Part shown: positions 1-11,159 of the stretch, piece by piece
Layout of the letters: each line of letters starts with the position of its first letter
How positions within the stretch are numbered: the stretch's first letter is position 1
Assembly: GCA_002269645.1 (NCBI GenBank)
Contig: NIVC01000228.1
Location: forward strand, 17,865 to 81,864
Source: Macrostomum lignano
Taxonomy: Eukaryota
Length of the DNA stretch: 64,000 nucleotides
Direction of reading: 5' to 3'
Translations under genes and position numbers: made by a program
The notes under the pieces: generated by a model
The model's database searches: none
The model's input: the letters and a program-made list of their open reading frames with translations, nothing else
Told to the model about the DNA's origin: nothing

Positions 1-131
1 CGTTTCGGATTCCCGCCCCCATAGACCATAGAATATATGTATATTGATCACGAACGACCCTCGTGATAGATTTCCTCGTTAGATTGTACATACCATAGAT
101 AGCCAATTATAATCGAGAGCCGAATTGACAC

Positions 132-1155
132 ACTACGGCTTATGGGAGCCAAATTGCACGAGCCATTGATTCTTATGGGAGCCGTTTTGACATACTGATT
201 CTTATGGGAGCCGTTTTGACATACTGCGGCTTATGGGAGCCATTTTGACACACTGTTGCTTATGGGAGCCGTTTTGACACACTGTTGCTTATGGGAGCCG
301 TTTTGCACGAGCACTTTTGATACATAGATTCTTATGGGAGCCGTTTTGACACACTGTTGCTTATGGGAGCCGTTTTGACACACTGTTGCTTATGGGAGCC
401 GTTTTGACACACTGTTGCTTATGGGAGCCGTTTTGACACACTGTTGCTTATGGGAGCCGTTTTGACACACTGTTGCTTATGGGAGCCATTTTGCACGAGC
501 ACTTTTGATACATAGATTCTTATGGGAGCCATTTTGACACACTGCGGCTTATGGGAGCCGTTTTGACACACTGCGGCTTATGGGAGCCGTTTTGCATGAG
601 CACTTTTGATACATAGATTCTTATGGGAGCCGTTTTGACACACTGTTGCTTATGGGAGCCGTTTTGACACACTGTTGCTTATGGGAGCAGTTTTGACATA
701 CTGGTTCTTATGGGAGCCGTTTTGCATGAGCACTTTTGATACATAGATTCTTATGGGAGCCATTTTGACACACTGCGGCTTATGGGAGAAGTTTTGACAC
801 ACTGTGGCTTATGGGAGCCATTTTGCACGAGCACTTTTGATACATAGATTCTTATGGGAGCCATTTTGACACACTGCGGCTTATGAGAGCCAAATTGCAC
901 GAGCCATTGATTCTTATGGGAGCCGTTTTGACACACTGCGGCTTATGGGAGCCGTTTTGCATGAGCACTTTTGATACATAGATTCTTATGGGAGCCGGTT
1001 TGACACACTGTGGCTTATGGGAGCCATTTTGACATACTTATTCTTATGGGAGCCGTTTTGCATGAGCACTTTTGATACATAGATTCTTATGGGAGCCATT
1101 TTGACACACTGTGGCTTATGAGAGCCGTTTTGCAGGAGCACTTTTGACACACTGT
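132..1155. repeat. Tandem array, core CTTATGGGAGCC(G/A)TTTTG plus variable 11-25 nt tail (units ~29-43 bp, ~30 copies)
   Basis: Directly visible; the tails recur (ACACACTGTTG, ACACACTGCGG, CACGAGCACTTTTGATACATAGATT). Confidence 0.95.
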
Positions 1156-1606
1156 TAGTCAGACTGGAATTTTTTCATCTGAAGCAAAGAGTAAAAGCAT
1201 TTCTGACAGTTCAAGCTTACTGGAGCCAATCTGCACAACTAAACTCAGCATATGGGGCGTATGAGAGCCGAATCGCATGAATGATTTTACCATAGACAGT
1301 TGAACGAAGTAGAATCGCGTAGATGGGTTACTAACGCAATTTGGTCGAAATCGAATCAGTCTATAGTGCATCTATATAATTAGCAATATCTGTTAACGAT
1401 CAGACACGGCGACCTGTACAAAAGCGGTCTCAGTTAGGCGTGTTGGTCATAGACATAAAATATATATCGCGCGTTTCGTCGGTTATTTTAAACGATTAGC
1501 TCGGCAAATATAGAATTCTTCCCCTACTACGTCTTTTACACACTGAGCTTCTCAGTTAAATTTTATTACAAATTTACAAATTTATACATCTTCTTATCGA
1601 ATAAAA

Positions 1607-3642
1607 ATGGCCGACGCTGTTATGACTGCTTGTCCGATTTGTGGCATGTTGATCTCTAATAAGAACATGGCCAGGCATATCGCCAAGCAACATAGTAATT
1701 ATGTCGACGAATTCAATTGGAGCACTGTCGTCGAGCCTCAGCGACCGGCTGTTGATGCGCCGATTATACTCAAAGCGAAGGCAATTTGGCACTCGTTGCG
1801 AGTACGGCAGCAACCAGCTGGACAGCTTAACAAGCGACCATGTCCTGATTGTGGCAAGTATGTCAAACAATTGACAAGACATCTTGCCCATACATGTGCC
1901 CAAAGAAGACGTCGTCATCCAATTGTCGGACAAACCTGTCAAGCGCCTGGTGCGACGAGCGCATGCTTATCGGAGGCAAACTTGCATCGGACTGTTGAAC
2001 TGCCTGTCGTCAGTTTATCCGCTGGTCCATCTACAAGTGGTTTACTCGACGGTGTAGACGTTGGACCAAGCAGTGATTCCAATTTTCAAACTGCGACCAA
2101 GACAGTCAACAGTGAACGCCGCCGCGCTCAAACGGTGACCCCGGCATCGAACACCGAACGTCAATCGGCAGCTAAGTTCGCAACCGGGCCGACCAATGCC
2201 GCGCCTGAGCATGTTAGACCGTGTGTCGTCGAATCTGTCGACGAGTTGTACAACCAAGTCGAACAGAGACCATCTGGCGACGACCATGTTCATCCATCGT
2301 CTAACAATGATTCGGTCGGCAACAGCATCGCCGATGCGACAATTCGAAAGGCGCGCCAATTCCAAGGTAATAATAATTAATCATTAAATTCTTCTATATT
2401 AGTAGATAGTATCGCACAATATTATTGTATACTTATCGACGTGTACCAATTACATAGTTAATGGATATTGTTTTATGCTTAAACAACCAACAGGCTATTT
2501 GACTGATCTGCAAAAAACAGCTAGTCAACTTGACAGGCTTGCAGAACAGCTTCGTCCAGACATGGAGACTAGCGACGTAGACATTGTCGATGTGACACGT
2601 GTACTCCGTGGTCACGTCGAATTGGCGTCTAAACAGCTGGTCCGTGCACTCGAGACGAGCATCAGTCAGGTCAAGCGTCCTGCTATCGATAGACTGGCCA
2701 GCGCGGTACAACGGCACCAAGAAGTAGGAGAAGAGATCGCGGTTGGTAACGTCGTCGCGACATCAGACGACGAGATTGTTGCCAGCTTATTGGACGCGAT
2801 CGAACAGTGTGCCAAGGACAATGAAACTGCAGATTCTGAGCAGCAAGGCAGAGTCATTGTCGTACCAGCGCCGCCTGACAACGACCAAGCCGCCGACGTG
2901 TCGTCTGGTTCCGATGCCGACATTCAGGACGAAGCGGATGACAATGCGGGTGGTTCCGACAGCAGTGTGAGCGAGACTGATGATCCACTTGCCGTGATCG
3001 ACTATGGTGAAGCACAGTCTATCGCCGAGGACATGACTAAGCGACTTGTCGATATTTGGTGGAAAATTAATAACAAGATCGAAGAAAACAAGTCGCATGT
3101 CCATCGTCGGAAACAACTGACCACTGCGGTTCGTCGGTTCGAGGAACGCTTGCCAAATTAAAACATAAGCTGGGTGTCAGTCTGGAGACTTGGTTAAATG
3201 CTCCGCACCGAGTTGCCACAGATTTGACAGAGATGAAAACCCGCGGTGTCTGGCAAGCAAGTACCGCCGGAGTAAAAGCATGCCAATTACAGTGCATCCT
3301 AGCCGCAGTCAAGACTTTATTGGAAAATGAGTCTGATTTCGGTGCCATCACTGTAATTAGGGCACTCCGGTTATCGGAACCACCCAACGGCGTATTCACT
3401 GGCGCAGCGGATGACGTCACTACCGCGGCCAGACTATTACATGGAATAGCCAGCGGAGTAAAGAAGTTGTCCAGCAATCTATACCATCGAAAGACAGTGT
3501 CTGCGTTTCTAATACCTCGAATCGATGCTGTCTACGTAAGTACCTGTTTGTTTGTTTGTTTGTTTGCTTGATTATATTTTTGAAATTATAATCTATATTA
3601 TGTGTAGATTAGAACTATAAACTATGATTGTGCATATGATGG

Positions 3643-3700
<58 letters not shown>

Positions 3701-5219
3701 AAGAACGATAATGATGATAATGATGATACATAAAGATTAATTTTTGCTTCTCTTATAATACACACAGGCGCAACTCGGACGGGTCAGCCGACAACAGGAC
3801 AATCGGTACCATCTAAATGATGATGCGCGACAACAAAAATACACCGAGTTGTTCCTGACTGTCGAAGAGTATGACCTCGTAAGAAACAGGCTACTGGAAT
3901 TGGTCAATATGATCGAGAAACATTCCTGGTCAGATTTACCAACAGAAGGTACCTGGTCCGACATTGCGCGGCTGGTCAATCAAACGAATTCTCCGCGAGG
4001 AAGATGGCGCGATTTCATAATGCCAATCAGTCGCGAGCTGGCATTCTTGGGCACTGCAATATTCCATAGCAATCGTGTATTGCCGTGGATTTATCTGTGT
4101 CGGCATCACCTCGAAGACGCGTTAAAAAACAAAGGCTCCAGTATGGATACCGTCATAACGCGATTACCACCTAGCGAGGTGCCACACAAGCAAGGTTCGC
4201 GAGGCCGTGGCGCAACACTGTTGTCACCGAGACGATTGTGTCAATCGTTCATTCTATGGTGCGAAAAGTTTGTCACGCCTGCGCTCGAAGACCTAGATGT
4301 GCAAGTGCCCGATGAAATGCAATATATCTTCCCTACTTCCAACGGGACGGCTCGAGTCACTGGTGACTATTCGAGGCTCGTGGTCGACGGTTCGGTTCGA
4401 GTGATTGGTCGCAAATACCGAGCCAGCGATGGACGGCGCAATCAATTGTCTGCGTATGCGCGTTTTCATCCGGACCAGATCGAACAGGTGACGCATTTGT
4501 ACGACACTTCGAAGCCTGTTGTCACCCGGTACTACGCCGCCGCAGCAATTGACGCAGCCCGACTCGAAGTTGCTACCGACTTGAGGGACTGTTTCGAAAA
4601 GTTCGCCGTCAACCAAACTGGTGACGAGCGGAGCAAATCGAAATGCGCAAAAGTCCAACAGTCCATCTTGGATGCGTCGACGCTTGCGACAGCAATCGAG
4701 CAGCAGACCAGTGAGTCGGTGACGAAGACGACGACGACAACGGGAAGCAGACGACGACGACGACGAAGCGTTAGCATCGTATTGCCAGAGCAGCACGATC
4801 AAGCCGACGTTGATACTGCACCGACTAAGACGTCTGGCAAATGTCGCCGCTCTCAGTCGCTGTCGCCGCGTCCACCATCGTCCGACAAATGTCGCCTCTC
4901 TAAATCGCCGTCGCCGCGTCCGCCATCGTCCAGCAAAGTTCGCTCATTACCGCCGTCTCCGCGCTCGCCGTCGTCTGGTAAGAGTCGTCTGAAATCAAAC
5001 TCTCACCAGCTGGCGTCGACATTGTCATCGTCGTCGAGCAGAATGTCGCGATCCAAGTCGCCACATTCGCCACCAACAAAAAAACGACGCGGTATTATCA
5101 ATTTGCCGAACGTCGATCTAGACGCCGACGATGATGACGATGCTGACGAAGACAGCAATGCTGACGAAGACAATTGTTCCTCAATTCTTTTCGAATTTTT
5201 ACGATTACATTTGGCTTAA
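1607..5219 (+). CDS. Spliced zinc-finger / tyrosine recombinase protein, ~1,084 aa (exons 1607-2366, 2494-3535 with a 1-nt frameshift between 3074 and 3161, 3768-5219)
   Basis: Intron 2367-2493 (GTAATA..CAACAG, phase 1) and intron 3536-3767 (GTAAGT..CACAG, phase 0) both join the flanking ORFs in frame. C2H2-like motifs CPICGMLISNKNMARHIAKQH and CPDCGKYVKQLTRHLAHTC. YR-like motifs LAFLGTAIFHSNRVLPWIYL (first R), HKQG (K), YIFPTSNG, RASDGRR (second R), HLYDTSKPVVTRYY (Tyr). Confidence 0.65.
3637..3728. repeat. (GAT)n microsatellite inside the second intron of the YR gene
   Basis: Visible run of GAT/GGT triplets. Confidence 0.95.
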
Positions 5220-5533
5220 AAGCTAAAGTTGTTCAATAGATTTTAAATAACAGGTCCGTCCATGGATAATAATTATAATAAGCCGTTGTTAATTTTTACA
5301 CTTGTTTTATTTGTGCGCATAATTGATTATTAGATAAAGCAAGTGACAATACATTTCACTATTAATCGTAGTTGTCGAATCTAAAGTCAGCAATTAATTA
5401 AGACTAAATACAAGTAATTATATTTCAATTGCATTGTACCTTATGGTTTGTTAGACACTTTGTTCTAAGAGAATTTACCTATGCTCTAAATACTAATTGG
5501 AATGAATTGTAATTGGCACAGTTAAACAGTTCA

Positions 5534-8500
5534 CACGGTGCTACCATAGTCGGAAAATTGCTTAAAAAATTCACCGGAAAAGTTATTTGTCACAATTGAT
5601 ACTCGAATTAGTAAGGATTCCTTAGAAGAAAAAATAAAAATCGTAGTTGTTCGTTTTAGCTCAAAAAGTGCTATTTTCAGTTTTTACCATAGACGAATTA
5701 ATAAAAAAGCGAAGTATCACCGTACTGTTTAGAAAACAATTCGATTGAGTCTAGGATCAAATGCAAGCATTAAAAAACATGTTACTGATATTCATCAATG
5801 ATTGGTTGATGCCTAAAAGCTACACATTTGACTTGGATGGGCCTACCACAAGAGAGTCTTAAGGCCCATTCACACTGCCATCAAACGAGACCAAATTTCA
5901 AGTGATCACACGACATGTGCATAGTTTTTCATCCCTTTGTACGTAAGTCATTTGAGTTGGTTGCTTGTTTGATGGCGTTGTGAATGAGCTTTTATACTCG
6001 TACTCACCCTGTTCGGATGAGTCACTGGTTCAGATCCACCCAGCCCGCCCAGACCCAAAGCTTTATCCTCAGCCAATCCCTCCACCATTCTAAATACGTA
6101 GGTAAGCACTCGTACGCTGTGGCTTGCTCTCTCTCTTCCTGAGCTGTACATACAAAGTATGATATTGTACATTGGTGTGTGCTCTTTGCACCAAGCACTC
6201 GCCGAACCACCCTCAGTCTTGTAATGCCATCGTGCTCATTTATGTTTTTCATCAATATAAACGTCAAACCTCAAACGTAAGGAGGTCCCGTCTGAGGAGG
6301 TTTTGTTGTCCAACTCTGTCTAAAAATGTTTCATCCAAACATTTAGTTGCAACGATTGTGCTTGCGTGTACACAGTTTTTGTCATGCCACTGTCACACGA
6401 AGATTGCCTCAATCGGATCTGCATTTTGTGCTTTTCGAAGGCAAAAGAGTTGCGATCCGTTACGCCCTGGATGCTGGCCATCATCAATCGGCACAGTGGC
6501 TGGCTCTACGATCCGCACGATAATCGCGTTCCCAAGGCAATTTGTGGCACGTGCAGATTCGCTCTGCAGCAGCTGGAGAAGGGCCAACGGGCTGATGTGC
6601 CACCGATGTATGACTTCAGGGACGTGCAGCCACTGCCGGTGACCCGATCAGTGGGCCAAGATGGATGTGACTGTAAGATCTGCAGCACTGCCGGATGCAG
6701 AGTCCATCCTCCAGAAGCCAACGTCCCAAAGCGGTCTGTTGGGCGGCCGAGTTTGACGGCGGACGAGGCTACAACGCCCAAGCCCGAAATGGTCAAGGTC
6801 TGCTCCTTCTGCATCAGTCCTATTGGCAGGGGCAAGCCACACACATGCAACAGACCCACAAGACTGCAGAATGCGCATGCCCTGTTGCAGGAAGCGTCCC
6901 CGGAATTCCCAGAGCGGCTCGCCACAACAATTGTGCGGCAGAAACTTATTACTTCAGGCTCCGGAGACACAGCCTCTGGCATCACCGTGCTGGCATCCAA
7001 CGCTGGACCCTCAATGAGGCTGGCCATGAATCCGCCGCCTCCGAAGCCAACAGCGGTCTTCACGGCGGATAATATGCGTCATCTGCAAGGTGAGCTGGGC
7101 CTCAGTTCGCGCAAAACGGAGGTTGTACTTCGAAATCTTCGGTCTTCGATTGGCGCCTCAGCTGTCCAGAGCAACATCCGGCAGACATTGAGGGAGATGG
7201 ATCACGAACTGGATGACCTCTTCCAAGCGAAGCAGCTGGCGTTTATCCGAGAAGAGAGGGGAAGGCAGACTCCAGCTGAGCAGTGGGCCGTTGTCTGCAC
7301 TGATGTGGTCGAGCTCCTGGGCCGCATGATTGCAAACCGCCGGCTGATGGATGTTGCTTCCACAGTCGTCAGAATTGGAATCGATGGTGGAGGTGGGTTC
7401 TTGAAGCTCTCGATATCCGTTTTTGACCTGTGCGTGTGTGCTGGTGAGGAGCAGCAGAAGGGGGCTGATCGCCGATTCCTCGACTCTGGCGTGCATCGGG
7501 CCGTCATCCTTGGCATCGCTCCCAACACGCAGGAGAACCACAGGAACCTGGAGTGTCTCTGGGAGAGCTGCCGCCTGCAGCTTCTGTCGGCGAACATCAG
7601 CATCGCGTGCGACCTAAAACTTGCCAACATCCTGCTCGGCTTGATGGCCCACAGCAGCTCGCATCCCTGCACCTGGTGCAACGTCAATAAAGGGAGCCTT
7701 GACAGCTGCGGCGAGCCAAGGACCTTTGGCAGCCTCAGTGAGAAATACCAGGCCTACCTGGCTGCTGGTGGTGAACGCCAACTAGCTAAGCACTTCGATA
7801 ACGTCGTCCAGCCCAGCATCTTTTCCGCTGGAGTTGAAGTCCCGGTGTTGCACATTGTCCCTCCGCCGGAGCTGCACCTGCTGACCGGTGCGGTCCATGT
7901 GCTGTACGAGGGTCTGCATGGTGTGTGGCCCGAGAGCGAAGCTTGGCTTACAGCTTGCAATGTCCAACGTGACAAGCATCACGGTGGCAGCTTCACTGGC
8001 AATGCGAGCCGCAAGTTGCTGCGCAACGTGGACCTGCTAGAAGCGATGTGCCCGATGGCAGCGCTGCCATTTGTTGCCGCCCTTCGAGCATTGAACTCGG
8101 TCGTGGTGTCATGCTTCGGGAGTGAGCTGCGTTCCAATTTCGAGCAGGCGATTCAGGAATTTCGCACCAGTTATGCCGATCTCGGCATTTCCATCAGTCC
8201 AAAAATCCACGCGATTTTCCACCACGTCGGTGACTTCTGCCGCGCCAAGGACAAAACAGGCCTGGGGCCATGGAGCGAACAATGCACGGAGTCGATGCAC
8301 AGAGACTTCCTCCTGCATTGGGAGAGATACAAGGTGGCGAGCACGCATCCTCTCTTCGCTGAAAGGCTCCTGGCAGCTGTGCAGTGTTACAACAGTCGCC
8401 ATTTGTGAGCGTTTTATGGAAAGTGCGAATCCGGAACTGCAACAGTTGAACTGCAACGCAAGTATTGGACAGTTATGAAGTCAGAAAATTTAGTAGCACA

Positions 8501-9143
8501 ATTTTTCAACCCACTCAGTTATTGTAGTCAAAGCCTCCAGGAAAATCAACCCGCTAAATGTCCCCTTTGAAGTCTATATATTAAATTGCAATTGTAACGA
8601 TTCTAATTTGAATTGTAAGGTAATACAAAACTTTGTACGATAGGGGTGCTTTCACAAACCCGAAATTTCATAGCATCAAGAACATATTCACATGGTTTGG
8701 GGTTAGATATTAAGGTGAAAGAATATAAAAAATAATTTTTATGTTGTAAAATTTGGGGTTTGTGAAACGCCATAGCACCATGCTGCTTTGAGTTGTTTTG
8801 CTTCATGTAAGACAGTGTGCTAAGCTTCGAGTAAATTTAAAATGTGCATACAATACAATATTCATGGACTTGCTGAAAAAATTTGTGAATTTGTTTCGAT
8901 TTAAATTGTTATAACTTTTCTTTAATACGCTTTTGACAACAATTTGAAAGAATTCAATTACAATGCAGTAAATTTCCAATATAATCTATGGTAAAAACAG
9001 AAAATTGTTTTTTTGAGCTAAAATGAACGAGTACAATTTTAATTTTTTCTTCCATGGAATCCTTAATAACTCGATTGTCGATTGTGACAAATAACTTTTC
9101 TGGTGAATTTTTAAAGCAATTTTCCGCCTATGGTAGCACCGTG
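5534..9143 (+). mobile_element. Chapaev-type (CMC superfamily) DNA transposon, apparently full length
   Basis: ~135-bp imperfect TIRs starting CACGGTGCTACCATAG at 5534 and ending CTATGGTAGCACCGTG at 9143. 4-bp TSD TTCA at 5530-5533 and 9144-9147. Single internal transposase ORF. Confidence 0.88.
6384..8408 (+). CDS. Chapaev/RAG1-related DDE transposase, 674 aa
   Basis: N-terminal H-x7-C-x2-C..P-x3-C-x2-C..C-x-C-x2-C zinc region. Core motifs IGIDGGGG, ACDLKLANILLG, HPCTWC, PELHLLTG, GGSFTGN, PKIH, WSEQCTESMH (D, D, E present). No stops. First ATG is at 6384; the ORF track starts at GTG 6366. Confidence 0.88.
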   Translation: MPLSHEDCLNRICILCFSKAKELRSVTPWMLAIINRHSGWLYDPHDNRVPKAICGTCRFALQQLEKGQRADVPPMYDFRDVQPLPVTRSVGQDGCDCKICSTAGCRVHPPEANVPKRSVGRPSLTADEATTPKPEMVKVCSFCISPIGRGKPHTCNRPTRLQNAHALLQEASPEFPERLATTIVRQKLITSGSGDTASGITVLASNAGPSMRLAMNPPPPKPTAVFTADNMRHLQGELGLSSRKTEVVLRNLRSSIGASAVQSNIRQTLREMDHELDDLFQAKQLAFIREERGRQTPAEQWAVVCTDVVELLGRMIANRRLMDVASTVVRIGIDGGGGFLKLSISVFDLCVCAGEEQQKGADRRFLDSGVHRAVILGIAPNTQENHRNLECLWESCRLQLLSANISIACDLKLANILLGLMAHSSSHPCTWCNVNKGSLDSCGEPRTFGSLSEKYQAYLAAGGERQLAKHFDNVVQPSIFSAGVEVPVLHIVPPPELHLLTGAVHVLYEGLHGVWPESEAWLTACNVQRDKHHGGSFTGNASRKLLRNVDLLEAMCPMAALPFVAALRALNSVVVSCFGSELRSNFEQAIQEFRTSYADLGISISPKIHAIFHHVGDFCRAKDKTGLGPWSEQCTESMHRDFLLHWERYKVASTHPLFAERLLAAVQCYNSRHL

Positions 9144-10084
9144 TTCATTATGATCTAAAATTTCTTTGATCTACATAGTTTGGCATACAATTGAATGTCT
9201 GACCCACTAGCTAGATCAATGTAAAGATTATCTATGTCCTGTGTATAGATAAGCTACATTAATATAAAGCTAAATATATTGGTTAAGACAGACTACAACC
9301 ATATTATGCTTTAATATTAATTTTCTTTGAATTGTATAAATAACCTATGAAAGTCAAATTTCAAATAATGAGTATTTGTGATGGACAAAACAACTTATTA
9401 TTGATGCTCTTATCAATAATAGTTTTCTAATATCAATATGCATACAAGATATGCTAATTTATTGAATTAATTAGGAAGAAAATATATTTTATTAAAATAT
9501 GATTAGCACATAGTTTGGTTTCCCGTTTATTATGATTCAAGGCAAGACCAGATTTGGTCACAATGTCGCATATCACACCAATATAAATATAAGGATAACT
9601 ATATGCAAAGGTCTGTCATTTTATATATTGAATTTCAATTCTTTTCTTCTTTTAATAAAAAATAAAGGCTAAATGTAGCTAGGTCAAAGACAAAGTATGA
9701 TAGAGAACAGCAAAATAATCAATTAGCATGTTGGAACCAAGCCATATTGTATATTTATTGGCCAATTGCAATATAGAATTGGAATTAAATGACTAGATGA
9801 TTAAATTGGATAGACTTCAACAAGGCAAAAATTAAGAATATACATATTTAGTTCAATAAGTCATTTCAATTTCAATAAGTCATTTGAATAGATTTTTAAT
9901 TTGAGTTTTGGAACTCAGGGCATACAGGCAAAAAAAAATAGAAAAATTCACATAAGTGACACTATATGAATGTATCTATTATTATTTATTTATTTATTTA
10001 TTTATTACATAGTGTAAACATAGATAAGCCTAGTATTCTATGGCCTAGGCATATCTTATATGCCTATAATGGCTAAATAGGTAT

Positions 10085-10905
10085 AATTGGCAACAATAAT
10101 TGGCCGCGTCATTCAGTCCTTCTATAATGCAGTTCTGGCTAAGGTCATTCAATGACCTGGCCGGCCTGATGCAAATGTAGATGTCGACGCAGGCATCCAC
10201 GCCGTCCTCATAACGATAGCAGCATATTCCATAATCTATATTCCATATTCCGCGTCATTGAGTCCTTCTATTATGCAGTTCTGGCTAAGGTCATTCAATG
10301 TCGGCGCAGGTATCCACGCCGTCCTCATAGCAGTAGCGGCATGCATAATACTCCTCCAGATTGGCTCGCCGTTCGAGGATTGGATGCTGGCCATAATGCC
10401 TGTCCGGCCTGATGCAAATGTAGATGTCGACGCAGGCATCCACGCCATCCTCATAACGATAGCAGAATATTCCATTATACTATATATTTTATATTCCAGA
10501 ATCCATATTCCATAGTACTTCCGATCGGTTAGCGTTCAGGTGGCTGTCCACTTCCTGTTCCATGAGCTGCGCACCACCAAGTAGCCTTGCGTTGTATTCA
10601 TAATTGACGCCCCAATTAGTCGCTTGTGCGCCCGCTATGCTACCTGATTTACATACATCCGTTCCCAAGCTGGTAATTGCCGGTCTTGATTGTTAAGACT
10701 GTTTGCGATAAATATGAAGAATATAATAGATAAATGATAAATATAATAGCATTTTCTCAAGGTTTGTAGCACTCCACCAGATTGGCTCGCCGTTCAAGGA
10801 TCGGATGCTGGCCATAATGCCTGGCCGGCCTGATGCAAATGTAGATGTTGGCGCAGGCATCCACGCCGTCCTCGTAATGGTAGCGGCATAGCAGCTATAG
10901 TATAG
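10085..10905 (-). pseudogene. Three or four partial copies of a Cys/His-rich coding module (YACRYCYEDGVDACxDIYICIRPARHYGQHPILERRANL), possibly ZZ-type zinc-finger-like
   Basis: Copies at about 10150-10230, 10270-10470 and 10760-10895. Differences between copies fall mostly at third codon positions in this frame (TAC/TAT, GAC/GAT, CCG/CCA, CTT/CTC). Confidence 0.4.
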
Positions 10906-10920
10906 CACAACAATTTCCAT

Positions 10921-11085
10921 TTGGGGTGGCCGGCGCTGGTTGCATTTATGCATTTTATTTGGTGTGGCCAGCGCTGGTTAAATTTACGCATTATGTTGGG
11001 GGTGGCCAGCGCTGGCTGCATTTATGCATTCTATTTGGGGTGGCCAGCGCTGGCTACATTTATTCATAATGTTGGGGCGCCCGAC
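10921..11085. repeat. ~38-bp tandem repeat (GGGGTGGCCAGCGCTGGCTGCATTTA...), about 4 copies
   Basis: Visible; the same family recurs at 14118-14257. Confidence 0.9.
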
Positions 11086-11159
11086 TGTAGCGAGCAAGCC
11101 GAATGACTGTCAGCTTGGATCCAATGAGTATAATATTATATACATTGGTTTCGGCAATA

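Larger units (their letters stand above)
19..5300 (+). mobile_element. Crypton-like tyrosine-recombinase DNA element (right end not defined)
   Basis: CCATAGAC-CATAGAATATATG at 19-39, ATCACGA-N7-TCGTGAT palindrome at 47-67, a subterminal TATGG-containing tandem array, then a spliced ZnF + YR gene. No RT, TIR transposase or phage genes are nearby. Confidence 0.6.

Noticed and set aside
132-1155. CRISPR-like layout (constant repeat plus variable spacer)
   Set aside because: The spacers are a few recurring related variants rather than unique sequences, there are no cas genes, and the context is eukaryotic.
9513-9610. Possible CCCH zinc finger (FPFIMIQGKTRFGHNVAYH)
   Set aside because: All three cysteines are absent, and it lies in AT-rich DNA without supporting exons.
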